This document shows, in pieces, positions 31,572 through 41,235 of a stretch of 64,000 bases of DNA; the first letter of the stretch is position 1, and every line of letters starts with the position of its first letter. A program made the position numbers and the translations under genes. The stretch comes from a virus. The notes under the pieces were generated by a model that saw nothing but the letters and a program-made list of their open reading frames with translations, had not been told where the DNA came from and did not search any database. Where the stretch lies: IMG/VR virus record IMGVR_UViG_3300028025_004617, positions 39,959 through 103,958 of that record. One strand, written 5' to 3'.

Positions 31572-32295
31572 AGTCAACCCCAAACCCAATTCTAAATTGG
31601 ATTTCTTCTCCTGATGGGGTTTTTGCTGTTTGTGTTAGGTCAATTCCTGGCTTATTATCGGATACATATTTTCTAAAATCTTGTGAATCCTTAATTGGCA
31701 TGTTCTCAATGAAATTTCTTGTGTTCATTGGGTCATTAACTCCAGCCACGGATTTAATCATACCTTCAAGTTGTTTTGTGATAATTGGAGCAATTCCATT
31801 ACCATTCCAACTCTTTGCAATTTCTTTTATGTCGTTTTCTTGTTTTTGTGTTAAAAACTTAAATGTTACATCTACTTTGGATTTATTCATAAAATACGAA
31901 TACTCTCCGTTAGAATCTGCTACTAATGTAAATGGTTTAAAATCTAAACTACTTAAATCAATTTCAACTTCAAAGTCTTCGTTTGTTTTTGGGTCAGTTA
32001 ATGTAACTTTATATTCTGAACCAAATGCGGTATTTCTTAAAAATATTAAGATTGCCTCTTTATCCTCCTCAACTAAATCTTCAGTTTGGATATCCTTATC
32101 TAATACCTTTCTTTTTAATAGTTCATTAACTATTGCATTTGTTTGTATTAAATTTGGGGACGCTAATATATTTTCATCCGCGGCGGTTAGGTAAGCAACT
32201 CTTACTGATTTCTTACCATTTGAATAGTGGATACCTCTACTTGGTAATTCCACAACATCATATGCGATTCTAGGGTCAATTCTTAATTCTTCCAT
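31546..32295 (-). CDS. Tail/baseplate hub assembly chaperone (T4 gp26-like)
   Basis: VELPSRG, LTAADENIL, LIFLRNTAFGSEY, PGIDL, C-terminal FFRP; lies between tube and tape measure genes. Confidence 0.85.
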   Translation of the reverse strand: MEELRIDPRIAYDVVELPSRGIHYSNGKKSVRVAYLTAADENILASPNLIQTNAIVNELLKRKVLDKDIQTEDLVEEDKEAILIFLRNTAFGSEYKVTLTDPKTNEDFEVEIDLSSLDFKPFTLVADSNGEYSYFMNKSKVDVTFKFLTQKQENDIKEIAKSWNGNGIAPIITKQLEGMIKSVAGVNDPMNTRNFIENMPIKDSQDFRKYVSDNKPGIDLTQTAKTPSGEEIQFRIGFGVDFFRPFYGV

Positions 32296-32340
32296 GGTAC
32301 AATTTAATCAATAACTATCTTAAAGTAAAGTTTTAAACAT

Positions 32341-32375
32341 AAAAAAACCGATACCCATTTCTGGCATATCGGTTT
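32341..32375 (-). terminator. Rho-independent terminator after the tail tube gene
   Basis: AAACCGATA...TATCGGTTT stem with an A7 tract. Confidence 0.75.
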
Positions 32376-32396
32376 AATATATGAAAAAATGTAATA

Positions 32397-32885
32397 TTAG
32401 AATACAAGTATACATCTATCCATACGTAAAGTACATTGGATAGTTGCAATTTCATCTCTTGAATAGTCTAATTCACCAAAGTTAATGTCTTGAATAAATG
32501 TTCCTTGAAGAATCCATTTTTCAACAACAACACCTGTTGGGTCTAACATTTCAAGTTCGATGTCTTTTTTATAACCGGCAGCATATCCCATACGACCAGT
32601 AACTGACTCAGCGTGTAAACGGAACCATTCCATTAACGCTTGTGACGCTGATGGTCCAATTGGGTCTTTAAAAGTTACCCTCATGGTATCCCAACTAAAT
32701 TTACCCGCAACATATGTTGAAGTATTTAAAAAAGGAATTTCAGTCGCGTTGATTTTTGCGGATGGTCTAGCCGCTGATGTTACATACCATTCATTGATAC
32801 CCAAAGAAGATGGGAATCTTACAATAAATCGGTTCTGTCTTTTCGGTTCGTAAGGAACCGGCATTTTCATTAGTAAATCTGCCAT
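32397..32885 (-). CDS. Tail tube protein (T4 gp19-like)
   Basis: EPKRQNRF, YVAGKFSW, EWFRL, YKKDI, LDPTGVVVEKWILQGTF; directly downstream of the sheath gene. Confidence 0.93.
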   Translation of the reverse strand: MADLLMKMPVPYEPKRQNRFIVRFPSSLGINEWYVTSAARPSAKINATEIPFLNTSTYVAGKFSWDTMRVTFKDPIGPSASQALMEWFRLHAESVTGRMGYAAGYKKDIELEMLDPTGVVVEKWILQGTFIQDINFGELDYSRDEIATIQCTLRMDRCILVF

Positions 32886-33009
32886 GTTGTATTTGTTAAG
32901 TTTTTTTGTTATTTTATACTCTTATAAATATATGTTAATTAGAAATAAATTTATTTTTAGGATCGATCTTGATTTTGTGGATTTTTTTTCGTAGTTTTTT
33001 ACAAATCCT

Positions 33010-33105
33010 CCAGTATTCTAGACCCAGTATAAATAATTAATAAATTTCTAGATTAATAATATAACATATAAATACTAGTATTACTAGTTCCAGATTATAC
33101 TGGGT
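33010..33105. repeat. Inverted-repeat / CTAG-rich non-coding element
   Basis: Perfect 11-bp inverted repeat ACCCAGTATAA (33022-33032) / TTATACTGGGT (33095-33105); ACTAGTATTACTAGT near-palindrome; 4 CTAG in about 70 bp. Confidence 0.7.
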
Positions 33106-33135
33106 AAAATAAAACAATATAAATTTTATAAAAAT

Positions 33136-33152
33136 TGTTTCCACGTGGAACA
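33136..33152. promoter_or_regulatory. parS-like palindrome TGTTTCCACGTGGAACA
   Basis: Equals the parS consensus TGTTCCACGTGGAACA with one extra T (14 contiguous identical bases). Confidence 0.6.
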
Positions 33153-33154
33153 AT

Positions 33155-33185
33155 AAAAAAGGGAAGCTTTTCGGCCTCCCTTTTT
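33155..33185 (-). terminator. Terminator (potentially bidirectional) after the tail sheath gene
   Basis: AAAAAAGGGA...TCCCTTTTT hairpin. Confidence 0.8.
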
Positions 33186-33207
33186 ATTTTTATATCCTCC
33201 TTTTAGA

Positions 33208-36060
33208 TTAGATATTCTCGAATGAAGCTCCTGTTGGAGTAATTACGAATTCCAAATCAATAAATTCAAGAGAACGAGTAGGTTTAACGTAAATTTTACC
33301 TCTCAAAGTGTTTGCGTCAATGTCTTCGACATCACTTGAAACACTTACTTTAAATTCATAAAGACCTCTTTCTTTCTTAATTGATTCTAAAATTGGGTTA
33401 ACCAATCTTAAGAACTCTTGTCTTACTTGTTCGTCATTTTGTTCGAACAATAATCTTACCGCAACTGCAGAAATTAATTTTCTTGCTCTCAATAACAATC
33501 TTCTTACGTTGATTCTATCAAGTGCAGATTCTCTAACCTGTAACGTTTTGTTACCCCAAATAATTGTACCTGTATCAGAGAATGTTGCGATTGGGTTAAT
33601 TCTATTTTTGTAAAGTTCATCTCTCTCGTCAAGAGTTAACTTCTTTTTAGCTTTAATTGCATTTACCAAACCTCTTGAATAACCCGCAACTGCGAACCAA
33701 GGATAAGATACATTATCAGTTAACGCAATGTTCTTCAATACCTCACCTGTTGGTGGGATGTAAAGTTGAGTTGCGTTATCTGTGTCTCTTACTTGAATCC
33801 AAGGCCAGTATGTTGCTGAATAGTTAGAGTCGATTCCCAAATCATCAAGGTGACCTGTAACGGTTGCAGCATCATCAACATTTGGTGCTGATATGATGTA
33901 AAGTGAATCTGCTCTTTCGTTTTCTATAATATCAATTGCTTGACTTGTTAAAGATGAGTGATCGTAGAAGTTGATACCTGCAGTGGCAAATACGTTAATG
34001 TCAATTGCCTCTGGATTTGCATATGTTTGAATTCCTTCTAAATATGCATAGTAATCAGAGTTTCCTAAATCTTTACTGAATACACCATTGTTATCGGTAT
34101 TACCTAAATTATATGTTGTTTTACCATAAATAAATTGGTCACCAAGAGTTCTTGTCTCTCTGTATATGTCCCAACCATCAAAACCACCACAAACCGCTAA
34201 TGTAAATTTACGGAAGTTTATGTTAGTTAATTTATTGTCATTACCAGATTGACCTTCTAAATCATACGATGTTGTTTGATATGTTGTTCCTGTGATTGAT
34301 GAAGCGTTTGTTGACAAGTGGAAACCAAATGTACTACTAGACGCCGCATTTCCCTTATACTTAAACAAATCACTATCAAATTTAAAACCATTTTGAGATG
34401 ATAAACCTAAAGAAACTTTCTTAACTTTATCTCCATTAGATAGAACTTGTGAACCATCTGATTCGTAATAAACCACATCTCCACCATCAAAAAATTCTGT
34501 TTTATAAAGAACACTACCCAATTTATTACCTAAAGTTAAATCGGAAGTGAATCCTTTGAAACCTGCAGGGAATGCGTCCATTGGTGCATTACTTGCCATG
34601 TTTAACATAATGAATTTTGAACGTAACTCATATTCACCATCAGATGTACCAACTTTTCTTGCAACATAACCTGGAACGTCAGGATTCATTGAACATCTTG
34701 AAAATTTCTCCAATATAACTTGATTTTCGTCAGTATCGTTGAAATCACGAACTATGATGTCAAATTCAGCGGTATCTAAATTAATGTTTTGAATTGTAAC
34801 CTTAACTTCAGTATTTGCAGCATCTCCATCAGATATGGTTAATACTGAGAATAAATCAGCAACATTACCACCACGAACTTCAGATACAATTGTTGGTGAT
34901 GATGGAGTATCCCATGATTGAGCGAAATTATTACTTTCATTATTTGATACCACGTCTAAACTTAAACCTCTTACGTGTCCATGTCTAAATGCGGATAATA
35001 ATAAGTTAGAATATACCTCATTAACAAATAATGGATAATTTTCTTTTACTTTATCAAAAACTTCTGTACCTAAAACTTTATTTATGTATTTTGTTGATGA
35101 GATGTCTAATGAACAATTGAATGTTTTTGTTCCTCCTGTAATGTCTGTAACGTTTAAAGCGAATTCAGCCATCGGATTAATAGTAACACCACTAACATCG
35201 GTTAATGTTACTGCAGTTGTTCCTGTTACTTGTAACACCAAAGATTGTGATGCGTTATATTCACCTCTCGATCTTAAAGACGCAACAACTACATCACTAT
35301 AATCTGTGTTAAGAGACGCATTGTATTTGTATCTTGTTACGGTAAATGAAGATGAACTTGTAGAATAAACAAAAAGATAAGAGTAAACACCATCAATTGT
35401 TGAATCGGTTGACCCCGTCTTTGTAAAGAACGCATTATACCAGTTTTTGTTAGCATTTTCACCAATTGGTGATAAAAGTTTTGTACCTGTTAAACCTGCA
35501 GTATCTGAAGTTGGTACGTTACCAATAACGAACCAATCGTTATTTGCGTATGAACCACCACTCTTGCCGATTTTATTAATGATATAATCAGTTACTTTTG
35601 AACCATTAGTTGCAGTTTTACCTGAAAGTTCACCATAAATTGTTGAACCTGTGATAGTTGCTGTTGTTGCTGATAATGTTATTCCTGTTGTTGAACCACT
35701 TAAAGATCCAAGATTAACCCCACCTAAAGTTTTAATACTATAGGTTTTTCCTGGTTTATACCCCGTTTTACCAAGTATTCTTGTTACGAATAATTGATTA
35801 GACTCTTGTAAGTATGATTTAGCCATATATGCTAATTCGTATTTAGGATTGTTTGCACCGTCTTTCTCAGGTGAAGTTGGTCCAAAATACGTTTTAAATT
35901 CGTCGAAGTCCCCAACTAAGATAGGTTCAAAAGCGGGACCTTTTAAAGTCTCACCCACTAAACCTAAAGTTGTTACCCCAACACTTTGTGCTACGAATGT
36001 TAGATCCTTCTCAGATGTGTACACACCCGGAGAAACGAATACTCTGTTTGAATTTGCCAT
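33208..36060 (-). CDS. Contractile tail sheath protein (T4 gp18-like)
   Basis: SPGVYTSEKD, GETLKGPAFEP, YWPW, PWFAVAGYSRG, WGNKTL, RINVRRL, FEQND, KPTRSLEFI. Confidence 0.97.
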   Translation of the reverse strand: MANSNRVFVSPGVYTSEKDLTFVAQSVGVTTLGLVGETLKGPAFEPILVGDFDEFKTYFGPTSPEKDGANNPKYELAYMAKSYLQESNQLFVTRILGKTGYKPGKTYSIKTLGGVNLGSLSGSTTGITLSATTATITGSTIYGELSGKTATNGSKVTDYIINKIGKSGGSYANNDWFVIGNVPTSDTAGLTGTKLLSPIGENANKNWYNAFFTKTGSTDSTIDGVYSYLFVYSTSSSSFTVTRYKYNASLNTDYSDVVVASLRSRGEYNASQSLVLQVTGTTAVTLTDVSGVTINPMAEFALNVTDITGGTKTFNCSLDISSTKYINKVLGTEVFDKVKENYPLFVNEVYSNLLLSAFRHGHVRGLSLDVVSNNESNNFAQSWDTPSSPTIVSEVRGGNVADLFSVLTISDGDAANTEVKVTIQNINLDTAEFDIIVRDFNDTDENQVILEKFSRCSMNPDVPGYVARKVGTSDGEYELRSKFIMLNMASNAPMDAFPAGFKGFTSDLTLGNKLGSVLYKTEFFDGGDVVYYESDGSQVLSNGDKVKKVSLGLSSQNGFKFDSDLFKYKGNAASSSTFGFHLSTNASSITGTTYQTTSYDLEGQSGNDNKLTNINFRKFTLAVCGGFDGWDIYRETRTLGDQFIYGKTTYNLGNTDNNGVFSKDLGNSDYYAYLEGIQTYANPEAIDINVFATAGINFYDHSSLTSQAIDIIENERADSLYIISAPNVDDAATVTGHLDDLGIDSNYSATYWPWIQVRDTDNATQLYIPPTGEVLKNIALTDNVSYPWFAVAGYSRGLVNAIKAKKKLTLDERDELYKNRINPIATFSDTGTIIWGNKTLQVRESALDRINVRRLLLRARKLISAVAVRLLFEQNDEQVRQEFLRLVNPILESIKKERGLYEFKVSVSSDVEDIDANTLRGKIYVKPTRSLEFIDLEFVITPTGASFENI

Positions 36061-36146
36061 CGATTGTTGTTTGGTTAATTATTTTTATTAGTTATTCTAT
36101 AAATATCTTTGTTTTTACCAAAGATTTCCGTACTTTTGTTTAAAAA

Positions 36147-36182
36147 GATAGTAAATTATCCTTTTCTATCTTAAATTATCTT
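36147..36182. promoter_or_regulatory. 10-bp-phased GATA/TATC repeats, candidate RHH operator
   Basis: GATA at 36147 and TATC at 36157, 36167 and 36177, immediately upstream of the RHH gene. Confidence 0.5.
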
Positions 36183-36187
36183 TCATA

Positions 36188-36346
36188 ATGGAAAACAAAC
36201 AGAAAAACGTAAAAATTAGTGAAAAACACCACGAGATGTTAAAAAACCATTGTGAAAAAAACGGACTAAAAATTTATAAGGTTTTAGAAAAATACATTGA
36301 AGACCTTTGTAAACCAAAAAAGAAGGATATTTATGGTGATGATTAA
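36188..36346 (+). CDS. Small ribbon-helix-helix DNA-binding protein (52 aa, below the ORF-track cutoff)
   Basis: MENKQKNVKISEKHHEMLKNHCEKNGLKIYKVLEKYIEDLCKPKKKDIYGDD: beta strand KNVKIS, helix, G turn, helix. Confidence 0.75.
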   Translation: MENKQKNVKISEKHHEMLKNHCEKNGLKIYKVLEKYIEDLCKPKKKDIYGDD

Positions 36347-37578
36347 TACAAATAAGTTACACCAATTCTAGACCCAACAACAGGAGCACCTAATAACACA
36401 ATCTGTTGTGAACCCGAAACATCGAATCCCGAACCCTCCTCTTCTTGTAGACCATTTATATCTAAACTAACAATACTACTAATATGGTTGTATGTGTTAA
36501 ATGTTAAAGTACTACCATCATATTGAAAATATTCTGTAGTCACTTGTATTAATTTACCATAATTGTCAATAATAACGTTGTTTCGACCCTTATAGTATGA
36601 GATTACGATTGTACTACCTTCAAAAGGTGGTTGAACGAATGTTATTTTAGATGTATATGATATATGGTAAAAGTCAACATCTTTCTCTTGTAATAGACCA
36701 TTTATTGTGACACTAAACAATGTACCAATACTTTCACCGACACTAAATTGAGTTTGCATCCCATCTCCCGTGAATGACATTACGGTTATGTCGATAACTT
36801 TACTAACATACTTTTTCCTACCTACACCCTCTTTTGCAAATTCGTTCATTAAAAAGAAACGATTAATTGCAGGTTTAACTTCAAATTCTTCAGAATCAAT
36901 AAGGAAACCCAACATAGTAAACGTGTAGTTTTGAATATAAAATCTCCTACCCTCCAACGTATCCATTGGGGTATTGTCTTCAATTTTATCTAATATAAGT
37001 GGAATATAGTGTCCTTTAACGGTTGTATAATCTTGTCTCGACGAGAAATTCTGTAAAACTATTTTACTAAATTTGTTAATATCTCTGAACTTGTTACAAA
37101 CAATCGTAACGTCGTATGTTATATCAACAGGTACGGGTTGTGGTATTTTATAGATATCAGCACCCATAGTCGTTCCGTTCCAAGTTGGTACAGAAGCATA
37201 ATAAAATTGATGTCTATCAGGTATCGTTCTTTGAACTGACGGGTTCGTACCTGGCTGAACGTCTGGTTTTCTTACAATTGCAACAAAAGGTAATTCAATA
37301 TTTCCGTCGTCATTTGTAAATGTCCACGTTTGTGTGAATTCACCCCATCTCTGAACGGTTAAAATTTTATCAATAATTGGTATCTTATTACCATCGGAAA
37401 CAATTTGAAAATTTTTAGTTACATAATCTAAAAAACCTTTGTCTAAATCGTCGTGCAATATGGAGTCAGGTAGATATGTGTCAGATTTGGTAATTCTATC
37501 TAACAATTCCTGTCTTCTTTCAGTCAGTTCTTTTTCTGTGTAAACAGATATGTTGTTTTTTCTTTTAGGTATTCCCAT
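36343..37578 (-). CDS. Tail terminator/sheath stabiliser (gp15-like) with two C-terminal beta-rich decoration repeats; start re-assigned to MGIPKRK
   Basis: LPFVAIVR, PVPVDITYDVTIVC motifs; two F.GDG..F...NGL.....F...P..GS.I...Y modules; start 37578 abuts the upstream stop. Confidence 0.7.
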   Translation of the reverse strand: MGIPKRKNNISVYTEKELTERRQELLDRITKSDTYLPDSILHDDLDKGFLDYVTKNFQIVSDGNKIPIIDKILTVQRWGEFTQTWTFTNDDGNIELPFVAIVRKPDVQPGTNPSVQRTIPDRHQFYYASVPTWNGTTMGADIYKIPQPVPVDITYDVTIVCNKFRDINKFSKIVLQNFSSRQDYTTVKGHYIPLILDKIEDNTPMDTLEGRRFYIQNYTFTMLGFLIDSEEFEVKPAINRFFLMNEFAKEGVGRKKYVSKVIDITVMSFTGDGMQTQFSVGESIGTLFSVTINGLLQEKDVDFYHISYTSKITFVQPPFEGSTIVISYYKGRNNVIIDNYGKLIQVTTEYFQYDGSTLTFNTYNHISSIVSLDINGLQEEEGSGFDVSGSQQIVLLGAPVVGSRIGVTYLY

Positions 37579-37579
37579 T

Positions 37580-38092
37580 TTATACTCCTCTAAATTGACC
37601 ATCTTGTACTGGTGCACAAGTTATTGATTTATAATATGGTTTAAACCCAAACATATTATGTTTATTATCTGAAGTTACCTTACCATCATTTACCACCTGA
37701 TAAAATCTAACTTTTGATTCGGATTCGGGATAACCAATATAGTCACCATATCTTATATCTATTTTCATTTCTTCTAAATGTTTAATATAAACAGATAAAA
37801 TCATGTTTCCCGGCTCAAGGTGTCTCAAAGTTCCATTTTTATATGAACTATTTTTTGGTTCCTCAATTTTAACCAACGCATTAAATTCAACGGGAGGAAA
37901 GAACTTAGTTTGGTCTATACCAACCTCCACATACACATCATCAATTTGAGTCTTTTCTCTATCTACCCTATATAGAACCAATTTCATATTTAAATCCCCG
38001 TGAAGATATTCTTGACCCATTTGAATATTGAGGTCAAAATCATCTTGTGATAAGAATTTAGATAATCTGGTAATAGGTAACTTATTTTCCAT
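37580..38092 (-). CDS. Neck/head-closure protein (gp14-like)
   Basis: LVLYRVD...DDVYVE...FFPPVE...DIRYGDYI pattern; adjacent to the gp15-like gene. Confidence 0.6.
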   Translation of the reverse strand: MENKLPITRLSKFLSQDDFDLNIQMGQEYLHGDLNMKLVLYRVDREKTQIDDVYVEVGIDQTKFFPPVEFNALVKIEEPKNSSYKNGTLRHLEPGNMILSVYIKHLEEMKIDIRYGDYIGYPESESKVRFYQVVNDGKVTSDNKHNMFGFKPYYKSITCAPVQDGQFRGV

Positions 38093-38140
38093 ATCCTAAT
38101 AAATAGTTTAATGTTACATTCTATTTACTTATATTTTAAT

Positions 38141-39892
38141 ATGGAAACTAAGATTCCCGAAATAGAGGCTAGAAACATTTTATCGACATACGAAGGTTCA
38201 AACAATCAATTGTTAGATTGGAAAAGAAAATTTTTAGAAGTTAAGAATTTTAAATTAACAAGACCTCAGGCCGAGTATGTACAAAAATACTATCAAGTAA
38301 CTCCAAAGGTTGCAAGAAAATATATTAACATTGTTGGTTCTTTTGGAGAAAAAATAATGGAGGAGAGATTATTACCCAAACCACCCGAAAAAATATGGTG
38401 TGAAAAACTATTGTGTGATTCGGATAAAGCGTTTCACGTTTGGGGTAAAGTTTTGGATAATGACCAATTAAGTGCTATGTGGTTACCTAAGGCAGCGGTA
38501 ATGCAAGAGGAGAAGAAACTTAATCGTGTCATTGATTATAGTAAGTACGATACGAGACCTCCTATGGACCACCAGAAGGTTGCCATTGAGAAATTATTAG
38601 CGAATGATAAGTTTATACTTGCGGATGATATGGGTCTCGGAAAAACAACGTCAGCGGTTATTGCGTCCATGGAAAGTGGAGCTAAAAAAGTTCTTATTGT
38701 TTGTCCCGCATCTTTAAAAATAAATTGGGATAGGGAAATTAAAAACTATTCTAATAGAAAAGTATTAATTGTTGAGGGACGTAAGTGGGGTTCTACATTT
38801 GATTATTATATTATAAATTACGATATTATAAAAAACTATCACTCAACTGATAAATCGGAAGATAGTGATGATTATAAATTATTAGTTAACGCAGGTTTTG
38901 ATTTGGCAATTGTTGATGAAGCACATTATATTTCAAATGCCACAGCAAACAGAACCCGTCTATTAAATGATGTACTTGAACAGATTCCAAAGGTTTGGTT
39001 ATTAACCGGAACACCAATGACATCGAGACCAATTAACTATTTTAATTTATTGAAGATTGTTGAATCTCCTCTAACATTAAATTGGCAATCATATGTTCGC
39101 AGATATTGTGCAGGATATCAATTTAGAGTTGGTAATCGTAAAGTGTGGAATACAAGTGGAGCAAGTAATTTAGATGAACTTCGTGAAAGAACAAAGAACA
39201 TTGTGTTACGTAGAATGAAAACAGATATTCTTGATTTACCTGAAAAAATTGTTACTCCTGTGTTTGTTGAGTTAAGTAGTAAAATGTACGATGAGGAGTT
39301 GGAAGAATTCACACGTATTAGTAACGATAAAAAAGATGATGAAACAATAACCGTTACATTAAATCGTTTGATGAGAATTAGACAACTTATTGCTTACGAA
39401 AAAATTCCATACACGTGTGAGATTATTGATAGATGTTTGGAACAAGGTAAGAAGGTTATTGTGTTGACAAATTTTACAATGACGCTTGATATGTTACATG
39501 AAAAATATAAAAAGAATTCTGTAACGTTAGATGGTCGTATGGCAAAAGATAGAAGACAAGAAAATGTTGACAGATTTCAAAACGAAGATAAGATAAAGGT
39601 ATTCATTGGTAACATTAAAGCTGCGGGTGTTGGTATCACATTGACCGCTGCTGAGGTTGTTATTATGAACGATTTATCATTTGTTCCCGCCGACCACTCA
39701 CAAGGTGAGGACCGAGCATATAGATATGGACAAAAAAATAGTGTCCTCGTTTATTATCCCGTATTTGAGAATACCGTTGAAAAAATCATCTACAATATTC
39801 TACAAAAGAAAAAAGGAGTAATCGACCAAGTTATGGGTGATGGTGAATATTCAGAATCCTTTAGTAAAGATTTACTTAAACAACTCCTTTAA
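38141..39892 (+). CDS. SNF2-family helicase/annealing ATPase (start probably METKIPE)
   Basis: LADDMGLGKT, IVCPASL, DEAH, LLTGTP, GVGITLT, QGEDRAYRYGQ. Confidence 0.95.
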   Translation: METKIPEIEARNILSTYEGSNNQLLDWKRKFLEVKNFKLTRPQAEYVQKYYQVTPKVARKYINIVGSFGEKIMEERLLPKPPEKIWCEKLLCDSDKAFHVWGKVLDNDQLSAMWLPKAAVMQEEKKLNRVIDYSKYDTRPPMDHQKVAIEKLLANDKFILADDMGLGKTTSAVIASMESGAKKVLIVCPASLKINWDREIKNYSNRKVLIVEGRKWGSTFDYYIINYDIIKNYHSTDKSEDSDDYKLLVNAGFDLAIVDEAHYISNATANRTRLLNDVLEQIPKVWLLTGTPMTSRPINYFNLLKIVESPLTLNWQSYVRRYCAGYQFRVGNRKVWNTSGASNLDELRERTKNIVLRRMKTDILDLPEKIVTPVFVELSSKMYDEELEEFTRISNDKKDDETITVTLNRLMRIRQLIAYEKIPYTCEIIDRCLEQGKKVIVLTNFTMTLDMLHEKYKKNSVTLDGRMAKDRRQENVDRFQNEDKIKVFIGNIKAAGVGITLTAAEVVIMNDLSFVPADHSQGEDRAYRYGQKNSVLVYYPVFENTVEKIIYNILQKKKGVIDQVMGDGEYSESFSKDLLKQLL

Positions 39893-40078
39893 CTCCTCAA
39901 TTTTTGAGGTTAACAATTCATTAAGTTCTTTATCTTCCACGTCAGGAAGGTTGACCACAATCTTTTTTTCAGGTTCTACCGAATAGTCAATATAATTTTT
40001 ATCACCTTCTTTTTGGTATGTGAATATAAAATCATTAATACCACAAATTCTAAATAGTTCGTTTAATTTATCGTTCAT
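39872..40078 (-). CDS. Hypothetical protein (68 aa)
   Basis: Fills the gap between two plus-strand genes; TATATTTA box upstream. Confidence 0.6.
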   Translation of the reverse strand: MNDKLNELFRICGINDFIFTYQKEGDKNYIDYSVEPEKKIVVNLPDVEDKELNELLTSKIEELKELFK

Positions 40079-40116
40079 AACTTAAATATAAACTATTTAT
40101 AAGAATAAATCAAAAT

Positions 40117-41235
40117 ATGGCGACTATTATTTCACAATCCGAAAAGGACAAATTATACACTCAGGTGTTTCACCTATTAGGTATGCCCGTTCGTGGTATT
40201 GAACTTACTGAAGAACAAATGGACACGTTCCTTGAACTTTCATTATCGGAATATGAACAATATGTCTCCGATTGGTTAATTGAATCACAATGGTCCGCAT
40301 TAGCAGGATTAGATGTAGATACACAATCTTTAACAAACGCCTTTACAACTAGAAGTTTAGATTACGAAACCCAATATAGTCACTCATATTCTAAAATTGT
40401 AGGCTTACAGGCGGGCGGTAATAGTGAACTTAAAAAAGATTTCATAACATTAACAGGTGGTACACAGATGTATGAAGTACCTGCAGGACGTGAAATAAAT
40501 GAACTATTATGGTTTACAAGATCGGAAATGACCGACACAATTGTTGACCCATTTTCTGCGGGTTTTGGTGGATTGGGTGGTGTGGGTTTTGGTGGATTTG
40601 GTGGTTTTGCACAAATGGGAGCATCGGGTGGTTCATATTTTATGATGCCAGCTTTTGACTTGTTATTAAGAATGCAAGATAGAAGTCTTAAAAATAGATT
40701 AATTGGTGGGGATTTAACATATAGAATCACCGCAGGTCCTGAGGGAAAAAAATATATTCACCTTTATAATGTTCCTGGCGGTAGATTCGATTTTGGTGCG
40801 GTTTATAAAAACAACTACCAAGTTTGGTATTGGTATTACGATACCATGGATAGAGATACATGTTTAGAGAAAAACAAAGATGTCATCAAATTACCTTCAG
40901 ACGTTATGACCGAAGAATTAACATGGGATAAACTAAATAAACCTTCTCAGAATTGGGTTAGAAAATATCTAATCGGTTATTCTAAAGAAGGTTTAGGTAG
41001 AATATGGGGTAAGTTTTCAGGAGACTTACAAGTTCCGGATAGTTCAGTAAAATTAGATTATAGTTCTTTACTTACTGAAGGTAAAGATGAAAGATTAAAA
41101 TTGGTTGAAGAATTAATGGCTAGATTAGAAAGACTTCGTCCTGAAAAAATTCTTGAGAGAAAAGGTGCGGAAGCTGAGAACTTAAATAAAGCACTTAAGT
41201 TCAGACCAATGCAGTCTCCATACAATATCATTTAA
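40117..41235 (+). CDS. Neck / head-tail adaptor protein (gp13-like)
   Basis: LGMPVRGIELTEEQMD, WVRKYLIGYSKEGLGRIWGKF, LDYSSLLTEGKDE; late motif upstream. Confidence 0.8.
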   Translation: MATIISQSEKDKLYTQVFHLLGMPVRGIELTEEQMDTFLELSLSEYEQYVSDWLIESQWSALAGLDVDTQSLTNAFTTRSLDYETQYSHSYSKIVGLQAGGNSELKKDFITLTGGTQMYEVPAGREINELLWFTRSEMTDTIVDPFSAGFGGLGGVGFGGFGGFAQMGASGGSYFMMPAFDLLLRMQDRSLKNRLIGGDLTYRITAGPEGKKYIHLYNVPGGRFDFGAVYKNNYQVWYWYYDTMDRDTCLEKNKDVIKLPSDVMTEELTWDKLNKPSQNWVRKYLIGYSKEGLGRIWGKFSGDLQVPDSSVKLDYSSLLTEGKDERLKLVEELMARLERLRPEKILERKGAEAENLNKALKFRPMQSPYNII

